DNA of 64,000 nt. It comes from Clostridiales bacterium. Lineage in GTDB: Bacteria; Bacillota; Clostridia; Saccharofermentanales; Saccharofermentanaceae. Every line of letters starts with the position of its first letter. Within the stretch, counting starts at the first letter, position 1. The notes below the pieces were generated by a model, which worked only from the letters and a program-made list of their open reading frames with translations, was not told the DNA's origin and ran no database searches. Location of the stretch: positions 32,001-96,000 of the forward strand of contig JAFWDK010000003.1 of the NCBI GenBank assembly GCA_017513085.1. Reading direction: 5' to 3'. A program made the translations under genes and the position numbers. This document shows, in pieces, positions 32,238 through 42,577 of the stretch.

Positions 32238-32266
32238 GATTCATCTCTCCTTTATATATGATTCTA

Positions 32267-32521
32267 TTAACCAAACAATCCGAAAAGTTTTTTCTCATAA
32301 GGAGCCGCCTGAACCGACAGGACCGTATATCCTGTCTCGCGGATCGCTTCTTTGAGTTGTTGCATATCTGGTCTTTCTTCCGCGACAAAAGAACTCTCCC
32401 CTTTGCTATGGGAGCTCTTGACCTTCTTGGCTCCCGGGATGGTTTTCCTTATCACTTCATTGATATGCGCCTCACACATACTGCATGCCATACCTTCAAT
32501 TTTCATCGTGATCTGATACAT
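32267..32521 (-). CDS. Heavy-metal-associated (HMA) domain protein
   Basis: GMACSMC (GMxCxxC) motif; 84 aa. Confidence 0.88.
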   Translation of the reverse strand: MYQITMKIEGMACSMCEAHINEVIRKTIPGAKKVKSSHSKGESSFVAEERPDMQQLKEAIRETGYTVLSVQAAPYEKKLFGLFG

Positions 32522-32531
32522 ATTGACTCCT

Positions 32532-34400
32532 TTACATAAACAAAGCTGCTACATGATAAACAATGCAGGATAGGAGCAGTGCTGATCCGAAATAGAAGAT
32601 GGCTACCCGTGCTGTCCACTTTAAGGAATGGGACTCACGATAAGTCGTAGAGAGAGCCATCACGCACGGAATATTGAACGTCACGGCAAACATGAATGCC
32701 AGAGCTTCTGCCGAAGAGACCGCATTACTCATGACCGTAGAAAGCGTACCTGCATCCGCTCCACTTGTTTTAGCATTAAATGTCGCATTGAGGAGTGAAT
32801 TATCACCTACAAATACAGAGTTCAGGACACCGAGAACTGCTTCTTTTGCAAAGGCCGAGCTTAAGAATGCCATAAAAGTACGCCATCCCATACCGAAGAA
32901 CTTGGTCACCGGCTCGATCGCCGTACCGGCTTTATAAAGGATACTGTCTTCAACTTTTCCGCTTCCACTGTATGAAAGTGCCCAGAACAGAAGCGAGATC
33001 AAGGTCACCGTCCGAAGCGCACGGAAGAAGATATCGGAAGACTTAAAGAAGGATTCTTTCCAGATATGTTTCCAGTGAGCTTTGTGATACGGCGGAAGCT
33101 CCATGATCATACCGGTACGGCTCTCAATAGGTGCAAGTTTTTTACCGAAGATCTTGGATACAAGAAAGATCATCACAAAGATATAAAGAAGGATCCCGAT
33201 GCAGATCAGCAGCGTTCCCCATGCCGGGAAGAACATACCGGAAATGACCGGCACGATCGCCCAGATCGATGCACACGGGATGGCCCATACTGCTGCCATC
33301 GCCAGCATCTTCTGTCCCCAGTTATCCATGACACGGGTACCACAGGAACCTCCGATCGTACAGCCGAACCCCATAAGAAGCGGAGCGACCGCCTTGCCTT
33401 GAAGGCCGATCTTGCTTAATACGCCATCGAACTGATATGCGGCTCTTGCCAAAAAACCAACTTCTTCCAGGAAGCCGAAAACAAGATTTACACCAAGTAC
33501 AAAAGCGGCCATAGAAAGAGAGAAATAGACTACATTCGGCAGCATCAGACTGAATATCGATACCAGCCATGGATGAACGTTCCATCCCGTCAAAGCATCT
33601 GCGATCGGCCCGCTGGTATACTGTGGAATCATGGATCCAATGCTCATAAACGGAATACAAATGATCATCGCCACCAAGAAAGCTAGAAGAATAATACCGA
33701 TAGTAACAACTTTTCCAAGGACCGGACGGATCGCGATACGGTCAAATTTAGATAAGGAATACTTTTCATCTTTGGTTTTCGTTACGCCATCGAGGATCTC
33801 CGAAACCCACTGGAATTTCGTTTCACTTTCTGCCTTCAGCTGATCCGCGCTCATCTTATCCTTTGCTCCATTTCCCGAAGCCAGATAGGGAGCCGAGGAA
33901 AGAGTATGCGGAGCAGAGAGTTCCTTCACGATCAACTCTTTCAGTTTCCCATATTCTTTTCCTTCCGCCGCTGTGAACGGAAGGACCGGGATACCCAGAC
34001 GCGAGGAAAGAAGATCAACATCAATAGTTTTGTTCTGCTTTTCCGCCACGTCCATCATGTTCAGGATCAGGATCGCAGGTTTCCCCATCGAGGCAAATTC
34101 CGATACCATATACATGCTTCTCTCAAGCTGGGAAGCATCGACCAGTATACATACCAGATCAGCTTTCCCGCTTTTTATAAAATCCTCTGTGATGATCTCT
34201 TCATCCGAGTTTCCGGAAAGCGCGTAGCTGCCGGGAAGGTCAACCAGATTATATTTCGTTCCGTTATAAGAAAAAGAACCATCCTTCTTTTCGACAGTCT
34301 TACACGGCCAGTTACCAACATGCTGACGGGCACCGGTCAATTGATTAAATACAGTGGACTTACCGGAGTTCGGCTGTCCCAGAAGTGCAATCGTGCTCAT
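32532..34400 (-). CDS. feoB: Ferrous iron transporter B
   Basis: GQPNSGKS, DLPG, NMMD, GFGC, MELPPY and PC gate motifs. Start overlaps the feoA stop (TAATG). Confidence 0.92.
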   Translation of the reverse strand: MSTIALLGQPNSGKSTVFNQLTGARQHVGNWPCKTVEKKDGSFSYNGTKYNLVDLPGSYALSGNSDEEIITEDFIKSGKADLVCILVDASQLERSMYMVSEFASMGKPAILILNMMDVAEKQNKTIDVDLLSSRLGIPVLPFTAAEGKEYGKLKELIVKELSAPHTLSSAPYLASGNGAKDKMSADQLKAESETKFQWVSEILDGVTKTKDEKYSLSKFDRIAIRPVLGKVVTIGIILLAFLVAMIICIPFMSIGSMIPQYTSGPIADALTGWNVHPWLVSIFSLMLPNVVYFSLSMAAFVLGVNLVFGFLEEVGFLARAAYQFDGVLSKIGLQGKAVAPLLMGFGCTIGGSCGTRVMDNWGQKMLAMAAVWAIPCASIWAIVPVISGMFFPAWGTLLICIGILLYIFVMIFLVSKIFGKKLAPIESRTGMIMELPPYHKAHWKHIWKESFFKSSDIFFRALRTVTLISLLFWALSYSGSGKVEDSILYKAGTAIEPVTKFFGMGWRTFMAFLSSAFAKEAVLGVLNSVFVGDNSLLNATFNAKTSGADAGTLSTVMSNAVSSAEALAFMFAVTFNIPCVMALSTTYRESHSLKWTARVAIFYFGSALLLSCIVYHVAALFM

Positions 34401-34624
34401 TATACCTTCACCTCCACTTCGATCCTCTCGCAATCCTTACGATTCAAAGCCAGAAGTGTTTCCCGCGCATAAATCAGAAGCGGCATCTTCTTATCATTAC
34501 GAACGACCTGTATACGAGTCCCTTCAGTTAATCCGATCGAAGTTACGCGTGACAGGAAATGCGTATCCGAACCCAGCGTCCGTATAGTCGCCATCTGATC
34601 CACTCTTACATCACTAAGTCTCAT
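34400..34624 (-). CDS. feoA: Ferrous iron transport protein A
   Basis: 74 aa; SIGLTEGTRIQVVR motif; directly upstream of feoB. Confidence 0.88.
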   Translation of the reverse strand: MRLSDVRVDQMATIRTLGSDTHFLSRVTSIGLTEGTRIQVVRNDKKMPLLIYARETLLALNRKDCERIEVEVKV

Positions 34625-34644
34625 TCATTCATCCCCCTTGCATC

Positions 34645-34752
34645 GTTAGCATATGCTAACCCGTATATATTGATTAGCCATATTGAAAACGAAAGAAATA
34701 TATTTTTGCGGAATTTCGCAGTTAGTATATGCTAACCGTTGTGCAAATGCAA
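34645..34752 (-). promoter_or_regulatory. feo promoter with two operators
   Basis: GTTAGCATATGCTAAC (34645) and GTTAGTATATGCTAAC (34721). The second overlaps the -10 of TTGCAT(34752-34747)-N17-TATACT(34729-34724). Confidence 0.85.
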
Positions 34753-34775
34753 GGGCATTTTAAAGATTTTCTTTC

Positions 34776-35408
34776 TCATTTTTCACAGAACGAAGCATTT
34801 CGAAGAGTAATATATCTATTGTCTCCTTCCATATAGGTATCAAATACTCCCCTCACCATACACTCTTCGCCAATATCCGGATAATCATCCGGGAAAGTTC
34901 CTTCTTTTTCCATTTCAAATTCGATTCCCTGGGCACAACACTGTGTTGCATCCTGGATCACGCAGGCATAATAACGGATGCCGTTGCTCTCATCGTATGC
35001 CGTTGCAAAAGCGCCCTTCATCTTAACTACTGTGCCTACATACTTTTCCGGATCGATGGACATACTATACACCGTTGCATATACTGCACCTGAAGAAAGC
35101 ACAGTAAGATCGATATCTACACCTTCTTCGTTCTTAGCAAAAGACGGAACAGGCTCAGAAGGAAGTGCCGCGGCTGAAGTATAGGCCGGCAAAGACGTAA
35201 AATCCTGCACGATCTGTTCAGTTTCTATTCCCGATCCCGAAGATCGTCCTTCCAATCCTGATTGAAGAATATCTCCCACACCCGTCTGCTTGCTGGAAGC
35301 ATGTCCTCCTGCCACCGCACCTGTTTGCGTATTTCCGCATCCTGGCAAAGAAAGAACGATAAGACATATTATAGAAACAATTCTTACTCTTACGATAATC
35401 CTGCTCAT
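34776..35408 (-). CDS. Putative lipoprotein with a CC motif, zinc-uptake associated
   Basis: Lipobox-like LPGC; PEKYVGTVVKMKG...ACVIQDATQCCAQGIEF; last gene of the znu-like operon. Confidence 0.7.
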   Translation of the reverse strand: MSRIIVRVRIVSIICLIVLSLPGCGNTQTGAVAGGHASSKQTGVGDILQSGLEGRSSGSGIETEQIVQDFTSLPAYTSAAALPSEPVPSFAKNEEGVDIDLTVLSSGAVYATVYSMSIDPEKYVGTVVKMKGAFATAYDESNGIRYYACVIQDATQCCAQGIEFEMEKEGTFPDDYPDIGEECMVRGVFDTYMEGDNRYITLRNASFCEK

Positions 35409-36247
35409 GCCCGCACACCTCCTTTAGTTTTTCCTATCAGAAAGCAAATCAAAAAACCAACCACATCAACTGTCACGATCGTAGATCCTACCGGTGTCGA
35501 ATACATAAGCGCAATCACGATTCCGGCAAGTGTACAGATCAGTGACAACAGAGCAGCAAAAACCGTGACTGAACGAAAACTCTTGAAGATCCTCATCGAC
35601 GACAGAGCCGGAAAAATCACCAGTGCAGAAATAAGAAGTGATCCTACGAGATTCATCGCGAGAACGATAATAACAGCAATCATGACCGCAATGAGGAAAT
35701 GATACAGTTCCACTTTCATTCCGATGGCTCGTGAAAACTGTTCATCGAATGTTACACAGAAGATTTTGTTATATAACAAAATGAATCCGATAAAAACAAG
35801 AATGGAAAGGACCACACAAAGCCAAACTTCGGTCACCGATAATGTTAAGATCGAGGTCGAACCGAAGAGCGTAGTACATACATCCCCGGAAAGATTTGAC
35901 GAAGTGGAAAACAAGTTCATCAGAAGATACCCGAATGCCAACGCTCCCACAGAGATCATCGCAATCAGGGCATCCCCCTTCAGCTTCGCATTTTGTCCGG
36001 TACGAAGAAGAAGGATCGCGCAGATTATCGTAACCGGAAGGACAAGAAGCATCTCATTCGTAAGTCCGACCACTGCCGCAACACTCATCGCGCCAAAAGC
36101 CACGTGTGACAGACCATCTCCGATATAGGAATACCGTTTCAAAACCAACGTCACACCCAGAAGCGCGGAGCAAAAAGCAATCAGAACACTGACGATCAAG
36201 GCTCTTTGCACCAAAGGCAACTGTAAATACATCCAGAGTTTATCCAT
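35405..36247 (-). CDS. Zn/Mn ABC permease (ZnuB-like)
   Basis: GDGLSHVAFG, LFGS and VGSLLISAL motifs. Confidence 0.92.
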   Translation of the reverse strand: MDKLWMYLQLPLVQRALIVSVLIAFCSALLGVTLVLKRYSYIGDGLSHVAFGAMSVAAVVGLTNEMLLVLPVTIICAILLLRTGQNAKLKGDALIAMISVGALAFGYLLMNLFSTSSNLSGDVCTTLFGSTSILTLSVTEVWLCVVLSILVFIGFILLYNKIFCVTFDEQFSRAIGMKVELYHFLIAVMIAVIIVLAMNLVGSLLISALVIFPALSSMRIFKSFRSVTVFAALLSLICTLAGIVIALMYSTPVGSTIVTVDVVGFLICFLIGKTKGGVRA

Positions 36248-36947
36248 CGTAGCCCACCTCCTTTAAAAAATTGCTTCCGATATCGCTGTTCATATATTCA
36301 TTTTTCGTGCCGAAGTGCACTGTCGTTCCAATATGCAGAATATGACTCGCATAGCGAAGTGCTGCAGCAATATCGTGGGAGATCATGATCACCGTAAGGC
36401 CTTGTCCATGTAGTTCCTCAATTAAGTCATACATTTCACATGTCACTTTAGGATCCAATCCTGATACCGGTTCATCCATCAGCAAAAGTTTTCCTGATGC
36501 GCAAAGTGCCCTTGCAAGAAGGACCCGCTGTTGCTGTCCACCGGACAATTCACGGTAACACCTTTTACCAAGATCTGTGATGTGCATCCTCTCCATAGCG
36601 TGATATGCTTTTTCTTTCTCGTCTTTCAGGTAAAAAGGCCGAAATCCGGCGCGTCCCTGACATCCGGACAGAACAACTTCTGTCACGGATGCGGGGAAAT
36701 CGCGCTGAACCAGAGTCTGCTGCGGAAGATATCCGATTTCATCGGCCTTCAGACCATCACCCATAATAATCTGTCCGGAAATCGGAGGTTGAAGGTGAAG
36801 AACCGTACGTATCAGAGTTGTTTTTCCGGATCCGTTCTCCCCGACAATACACAGATAATCTCCTCTTTGGACTTGAAAACTCAAAGGCGGCAGGATAGCT
36901 TTTGATTCATATCCCAGCACCAGTTTCTCGATAGTCAGAAACGCCAT
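36240..36947 (-). CDS. Zn/Mn ABC ATPase (ZnuC-like)
   Basis: GENGSGKT, GYLPQ, DFPASV and LSGGQQQR motifs. Confidence 0.92.
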   Translation of the reverse strand: MAFLTIEKLVLGYESKAILPPLSFQVQRGDYLCIVGENGSGKTTLIRTVLHLQPPISGQIIMGDGLKADEIGYLPQQTLVQRDFPASVTEVVLSGCQGRAGFRPFYLKDEKEKAYHAMERMHITDLGKRCYRELSGGQQQRVLLARALCASGKLLLMDEPVSGLDPKVTCEMYDLIEELHGQGLTVIMISHDIAAALRYASHILHIGTTVHFGTKNEYMNSDIGSNFLKEVGYDG

Positions 36948-36964
36948 GATCCTCTCCCCCTGCT

Positions 36965-38017
36965 TTATGCGCCCAAGGCCTCTTTTAGTGCTTTTAGATT
37001 GGATTTCATCACGGAAAGATATGTTTTCCCATTTTTCACGTCGTCTCCGGTCGTCGACTGCAAAGAATCCATCACCAGGATCTTTTTTCCTGACCCGGAA
37101 GCATTCTCCAAAACCGTTTCTGCGATTTTGTGTTGAGTTCCCTCAATCGTCAATACTGCCGGAAGATTCAGTTCATCCACTTTCCCTGACAGGAAGACGA
37201 TCGTTTCGAAGCTGGCTTCACTCTCTGCCGAGCATCCGGTAAAAGCAGCATAATAAGTGAGGCCATAATCATCTGCCATATATCTGAAAGGGAATCGGTC
37301 TGCAAACAGTATTGTCTTACAGGATGACTTCTCCACAACCTCTTTATACTCATTATCCAGAGTTTCCAGTTCGGAAATATAGGCATCCAGATTTTTCTTA
37401 TAAATTCCTTTATGTTCCGGTATCAACTTCTCCAGTTCTGCTTCGATCTTCGTGCAGATCACCTTGGCGTGACGAAGTGAAAGCCATACATGCTCATCAT
37501 ATTCAGGTTCCTCATGCTCATGATCATGATCGTGTTCTTCCTCATGGTCGTGGTCTTCGTCATGGTCATGTTCTTCCTCATGGTCATGTTCTTCCTCATG
37601 GTCGTGGTCATGTTCGTGTTCCATACCTTCGACCACTTCTTCTATTTTAACGTTGTCGCCAAGCACCTCAAGGAGATCGATCACGACCATATCTTTATTG
37701 GAAGCCTGTTTCAAAACATCGTCTACCCACTCGTCAGACTCTCCCCCTACATACACAAACATATCGCACGTTGTGATCTTAAGGATATCTTCCGCAGTAG
37801 GTTGATACGAGTGAAGATCCACTCCTTTATCCAAGAGCATCGTGACATCCGCATCTTCTTTATTCTCTCCAAGGATCGACATGACCCAGTCATATTCCGG
37901 GAAGATCGTTGTCACGATCGAGATTTTTTTCGAATCTTTTTTCTTTGTGTTTTGGCAAGCAGAAAAGCTCACTGCAGTCGCTACTGCAGCAAGAAAACCG
38001 ATTAATCTTTTATTCAT
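36965..38017 (-). CDS. Zn ABC substrate-binding lipoprotein with His-rich loop (ZnuA/AdcA-like)
   Basis: Lipobox FSAC, DLHSYQP and DEHVWLS motifs; HDHEEE repeat loop. Confidence 0.92.
   Translation of the reverse strand: MNKRLIGFLAAVATAVSFSACQNTKKKDSKKISIVTTIFPEYDWVMSILGENKEDADVTMLLDKGVDLHSYQPTAEDILKITTCDMFVYVGGESDEWVDDVLKQASNKDMVVIDLLEVLGDNVKIEEVVEGMEHEHDHDHEEEHDHEEEHDHDEDHDHEEEHDHDHEHEEPEYDEHVWLSLRHAKVICTKIEAELEKLIPEHKGIYKKNLDAYISELETLDNEYKEVVEKSSCKTILFADRFPFRYMADDYGLTYYAAFTGCSAESEASFETIVFLSGKVDELNLPAVLTIEGTQHKIAETVLENASGSGKKILVMDSLQSTTGDDVKNGKTYLSVMKSNLKALKEALGA
37511..37622 (-). repeat. Coding 18-bp repeat producing the His/Asp/Glu loop of ZnuA
   Basis: CATGGTCATGTTCTTCCT-like units on the + strand encode HDHEEE. 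Confidence 0.85.
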
Positions 38018-38067
38018 TTTTTTCCTCCACGAATTGATATATGAGTTAGAATCAAATCGTGGATGGA

Positions 38068-38385
38068 TCAATTATTCAATTGTATCTTACGGGAAACCGG
38101 AGTCGGACGCACCTGCACCCACACGGAAAAGGTAAGGATCGCATAAAAAACGGAAAGGCCGATAACCGCCATACCCGCATGACAGCATACTTCTTTCATG
38201 CCGGAGAGAACTTTCTCACACTGCGCCATGATCTCGCAGATCGGGCAATGTTCCTCTTCACACTCGTGATTCATCTCCACGAACAAAAATAATCCAGAGA
38301 AAAGAATGGAGAATGTGATCAATAAACCGAGAAAAACGGAAGCCAATCGTAGAAGTTTCGAAGTCTTCTTTTGCCCTTTCTCCAT
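38068..38385 (-). CDS. Small Cys/His-rich membrane protein
   Basis: Two TM helices flanking HECEEEHCPICEIM..C..CCH; RBS AGGAG; first gene of the znu-like operon. Confidence 0.75.
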   Translation of the reverse strand: MEKGQKKTSKLLRLASVFLGLLITFSILFSGLFLFVEMNHECEEEHCPICEIMAQCEKVLSGMKEVCCHAGMAVIGLSVFYAILTFSVWVQVRPTPVSRKIQLNN

Positions 38386-38414
38386 TTTTTCTCTCCTTTT
38401 TCCTTTTCAAAAGC

Positions 38415-38470
38415 GAAGCGTATAATTGCGAATCATTCGCAATTATACGCTTCCGTAAAATCTCTGTCAA
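38415..38470 (-). promoter_or_regulatory. Consensus promoter overlapped by a Zur-type palindrome
   Basis: TTGACA(38470-38465)-N17-TATAAT(38447-38442); perfect IR GAAGCGTATAATTGCGAAT-C-ATTCGCAATTATACGCTTC. Confidence 0.8.
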
Positions 38471-38494
38471 ACCTGTTTTTCTATAATCTCACTT

Positions 38495-40729
38495 CTATTC
38501 CTGATTATTCTTCAGGCTCTCCACCATCTCTACCTTTTTCACCTTCGAAGACAGGAGGAACATGGAGATCACATAGGATGCAAGAGTGATTCCCACACAG
38601 ATCAGGAGCGACTTGGGCGTGACATAGTTCTCAATAAAGGAATTATACTTCGCCGTCTGGGATTCAAAGTTCAGCCGGTTCAGAACCGTGCCCAGCCAGA
38701 TACCCAGAGCGATACCGATCGGCAGAAGCAGATGATAAATATAGGTCACGATGCGGTTGATCTCCCCGTCCCTATAACCCAGCACCTTCAGCATCGAGAT
38801 CACCGAAGTACTCTCATTGAGAAGGATATTTACCATCAGGTATGTCGTGATGACCGAGATAATGACTGCGATCACCGTGATCGGCATCAAAAGATCTTTC
38901 ATGCCCTGATTGATCGTCTTATCCAGCGCTTCCGAAAGAGAAGATTTGCTCACTTCACGCAGAAGCTCCGAATCTCTGTATGGCAGCTTCTCCTTGCTCA
39001 TGACCAGCGTATAGGCGTTCTCCGGCATAGAAAGGAGCTTGTTGACCGAGGATCGGGATGCAACCATCAAAGACTGCGAACCGTTGACAAAAACTCCATC
39101 CACATGGACCGGATACTCTTTAAGATCCGCGATATTTCTTATAGTAATGGTATCTCCGGCTTTCACGTGATATGCAAAAGCACTCATCTCGGAGATATAG
39201 AATTTGTCCTCATCAAGTGGGAACTCATTTCCATCCGAGTCTTTTACATGGATCATCGAAGTATCGTCGATTCCCATCAGGGTGATCAGGTCCGGGTTAT
39301 CCTTGACTTCAAAGGAAGCTGCCATCACTGCCGCTCCCTTATCCGGAACTCCGGTCTTTACCGAAGAAAGAAAGTATTCGTATTCAAATTCACCTGTCTC
39401 TTTCACGCTGGTGTCGACATATCTCTGGATCGAGTCCACGCAGGCGAAGGTAAATGCCACCAGTGTGCCGCCCAGCGCGATGCCGCAGATGACCAGAAGG
39501 GTTCTGGGGAGATGGCCGAACACAGCGCGAAGCTTATACTTTGTTCTGAAACTTAACTTCGCCTTTCGAAGTCCCATCCTCTTCTTCTTATTCTTCTTAA
39601 GGCCCTTGATCATGTCGATCGCTGACCCGCGCATGTTGATAAGCGCAGTAATAAAAACTGCGATCACATAGCACGCGGTAGGAAGCACAAGTGCAATAAG
39701 AGAGGATTTCCAGGTGATGTGTGTCACTTTATAGAAGACTTCCATCTTATCCTCGATCAGCATATCTGAAAGAGGAGCAAGTGCCGGGATCGAAAAAAGA
39801 ACACCCAGGATACCACCAAGAATTCCCGGAATTGCGCCCAGCACACTGTAATGCAGAGCCAGTTCATACCGCTTATATCCCAAGGCATGGAGGACACCGA
39901 TCATCTTTCTCTCGTTTTTGATCTTACGACCCAGCACGACCGCGATCAGAAGCACCATGAACACCATCGTTGTCGGCAGGATGATTTGCACGGTATAACT
40001 TAATTCATCGAACTGATCTTTCGGGCTCTGAATACGGGAGTTATTACTGACATCCACATAGGACAGCGTCCCGTACTTCTCGTTCAGTGCTTTTCGAAAA
40101 GCCGTCACGTCAGTCTTATCACTATATCGAACAGCATAAACTGTCGCCATATCCTTTTTCTCATATGTGACAAAAGCACTTTCCTTCACCACACCGATGC
40201 CAAACCGGTCGCTGTCGGAAAAGGTATCCGTGATGTTTTTCAGGCAGAAAAGATAGTCCGTGCGGATGACTTCGCCACAGATGTGATAGGTCCTTCCGTC
40301 AAGATCGATACTATCGCCGATCTCGAGGTTCTGGCGTTGCATAAAAAGCCCATTTAGAAGAATATCTGTATCGGACTCAAGATCCCTGCCATCCTGCACC
40401 CTGTATAGATTGATCGCTGAAGAGGGAGCAAAGATTCGGACCTCCGCTTCCGAGTTTTCCATATGAAGATCGATATAAGGCTGTGTTTCCACAGTAACGT
40501 GGTGCTTTTCTTCCAGTTCCTGTACATCATCGATCGGCAGCAGTGTCATAAACTGCGCGTCTTCCAGCTGTGCCTCATCCAGAAGCTTATTAAAACTTTC
40601 CTGTTGTACCCCGTAAGAGGAATCGAATGCCACATACAGACATACCACAAGTGCCGTCAGTATCGTTATACTCAAGAAAAATGACAAATTACTTCGGAAA
40701 TTCCGGATATATCTTTTATTCAGTACCAT
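38495..40729 (-). CDS. FtsX/MacB-like ABC permease with two FtsX domains
   Basis: ERKMIGVLHALGY and ISMLKVLGY motifs; large extracellular loops. Confidence 0.88.
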   Translation of the reverse strand: MVLNKRYIRNFRSNLSFFLSITILTALVVCLYVAFDSSYGVQQESFNKLLDEAQLEDAQFMTLLPIDDVQELEEKHHVTVETQPYIDLHMENSEAEVRIFAPSSAINLYRVQDGRDLESDTDILLNGLFMQRQNLEIGDSIDLDGRTYHICGEVIRTDYLFCLKNITDTFSDSDRFGIGVVKESAFVTYEKKDMATVYAVRYSDKTDVTAFRKALNEKYGTLSYVDVSNNSRIQSPKDQFDELSYTVQIILPTTMVFMVLLIAVVLGRKIKNERKMIGVLHALGYKRYELALHYSVLGAIPGILGGILGVLFSIPALAPLSDMLIEDKMEVFYKVTHITWKSSLIALVLPTACYVIAVFITALINMRGSAIDMIKGLKKNKKKRMGLRKAKLSFRTKYKLRAVFGHLPRTLLVICGIALGGTLVAFTFACVDSIQRYVDTSVKETGEFEYEYFLSSVKTGVPDKGAAVMAASFEVKDNPDLITLMGIDDTSMIHVKDSDGNEFPLDEDKFYISEMSAFAYHVKAGDTITIRNIADLKEYPVHVDGVFVNGSQSLMVASRSSVNKLLSMPENAYTLVMSKEKLPYRDSELLREVSKSSLSEALDKTINQGMKDLLMPITVIAVIISVITTYLMVNILLNESTSVISMLKVLGYRDGEINRIVTYIYHLLLPIGIALGIWLGTVLNRLNFESQTAKYNSFIENYVTPKSLLICVGITLASYVISMFLLSSKVKKVEMVESLKNNQE

Positions 40730-40740
40730 ACTCCGTCACC

Positions 40741-41439
40741 TCAGATCTCAAGGTCCGAAACCGGAAGTTTCTTTCTGTTCATGCTGTTCTCGACGATCTT
40801 TCCGTCATGGATCCGTATGATCCTGTCCGCCATTCCGGCGATACCTTCGTTGTGGGTAATGATCAGTATCGTCGTCTTAAATTCCCTGTTGATCTTCTCC
40901 AGCATCATCAATACATCCCGTGACGATTTCGAATCCAGCGCGCCGGTCAATTCATCGCAAAGGAGGATCTGCGGATTCTTCACCAGCGCACGGGCAATTG
41001 CGCAGCGCTGCTGCTGACCGCCGGACAGTTCCCGCGGGAACTTATGTTTATGCTTGGCAAGATTCAACGTTTCCAGAAGATCGTCGATCGACAGAGGCTC
41101 TTTCGATATATCCGCCACCACTTCCACATTCTCCCGCACGGTCAGATCCGGGATCAGGTTATAGGATTGAAAAACAAATCCCACATGTTTTCTCCGATAC
41201 TCCGAAAGGCCGCTCTTCCCTTGGGATGTGAGTTCCGTTTTTCCGATCCGTATCACACCGGAATCCGGTGAATCGATTCCACCCAGCATATTTAACAGCG
41301 TGGATTTTCCCGAACCGGAAGGTCCCAGGATCACTGTAATTTCTCCTTGTTCCGCGGAAAAGTCCACCCCGTCCATAGCACGGATCAGGCTCTCTCCGCT
41401 CCCATACTGTTTAACCGCATTTTTCACTTCAATAAACAT
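40741..41439 (-). CDS. ABC ATPase (LolD/MacB type)
   Basis: GPSGSGKS, GFVFQSYNL and LSGGQQQR motifs. Confidence 0.92.
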   Translation of the reverse strand: MFIEVKNAVKQYGSGESLIRAMDGVDFSAEQGEITVILGPSGSGKSTLLNMLGGIDSPDSGVIRIGKTELTSQGKSGLSEYRRKHVGFVFQSYNLIPDLTVRENVEVVADISKEPLSIDDLLETLNLAKHKHKFPRELSGGQQQRCAIARALVKNPQILLCDELTGALDSKSSRDVLMMLEKINREFKTTILIITHNEGIAGMADRIIRIHDGKIVENSMNRKKLPVSDLEI

Positions 41440-41530
41440 CGCTTCTTCTCCTTTTTTCGTGTTTTGGGACGTAGGAAACTCCACCCTTACATTCGTAAAG
41501 GCACTTGTTTCACTGAATGTCCATTCATTC

Positions 41531-42535
41531 TTAAGTATGTAATCGACGATATTCGGTCGGTGTCACTCCATATGTCTTCTTAAAAAGCGCACAGAACTTA
41601 CTCGGATTGCTGTATCCGGCTTCTTCCGCCAGATCCGCGATACTTTTTCTCGTTTTCCGAAGATCTTCTTCCGCCTTTTGCAGCCGGACATTCTGAAGGA
41701 ATGTATAGATCGGAGCACCATATACTTTCCGGAAATACATCTTCAGCGCCGGTGCTGTACAATGAAGTTCTTCTGCCAGTTCTTCCGCCGTCAGATGAAT
41801 GCTTGGATCCTGTAGTATCCGTCTTCTCGCGTCTTCTGCGATCTTCCTTTGACCGGAAGTGGTATATTCGCTTTTCCGGAGCGGTTCCACATCTTCGTGA
41901 AGAAGAAGATAAAGAAGTCTCGTACTCTGCATCCTTGCCCGCGGTAGATCCATGGTCCGGTCATCGATCCCCTTCGCCAGATCCTCCACGATCTGGCGGA
42001 ATTCAGCAGATGCATTTCCCACGAAGCATTCTCTATCCCTTTCGATCAGGTTCATACAGGCTTCTTTAGTGATGCCATAGTAAGAAAGCGTGGTCCGGTC
42101 ATTGTCACTCATGAGTTCGAAGTTAAAATACAGACCGAATCCTTGATAGTATTCTTTCCGGAACGTCAGCATGACTTGAGGATCATTCTCATCGAATCCG
42201 ATCATACCTTTATCCAGATAGGCATACTTTCCTTTCCCCCTCATGAATACTTCGACGCGTCCGTCCATGCAATAGTTCAGTTTAAAGAAACGGAGCCGGT
42301 CTGTAAGAACAGGACGCCGTCCATCAATATGTGCACCAAATTCAAGTTCTCTCGGGATCGTGTAGTAGAATATCCCCATACCTTCGAAGGGCATCACCAC
42401 ATACGCCTCGACCGCTTCATCATCACGAGGTGATGCTTTTAGCTCCATCTTGGTAATCCATTCAGATGCACGTGCAAAATGCACTATATCATCCAAAGGA
42501 ACCGGGGAAACTTTTTTGACCAGATCTTCAAACAT
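41531..42535 (-). CDS. AraC family regulator (PchR-like)
   Basis: KSIADLAEEAGYSNPSKFCALFKKTYGVTPTEY. Confidence 0.9.
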   Translation of the reverse strand: MFEDLVKKVSPVPLDDIVHFARASEWITKMELKASPRDDEAVEAYVVMPFEGMGIFYYTIPRELEFGAHIDGRRPVLTDRLRFFKLNYCMDGRVEVFMRGKGKYAYLDKGMIGFDENDPQVMLTFRKEYYQGFGLYFNFELMSDNDRTTLSYYGITKEACMNLIERDRECFVGNASAEFRQIVEDLAKGIDDRTMDLPRARMQSTRLLYLLLHEDVEPLRKSEYTTSGQRKIAEDARRRILQDPSIHLTAEELAEELHCTAPALKMYFRKVYGAPIYTFLQNVRLQKAEEDLRKTRKSIADLAEEAGYSNPSKFCALFKKTYGVTPTEYRRLHT

Positions 42536-42577
42536 CTTCTGCTCCTTACTTCGTTATGATCGCATTGTAACACAGAA

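Noticed and set aside
37490-38005. Hydrophobic Met/Val/Phe-rich + strand ORF
   Set aside because: Antisense shadow of the ZnuA His-repeat loop.
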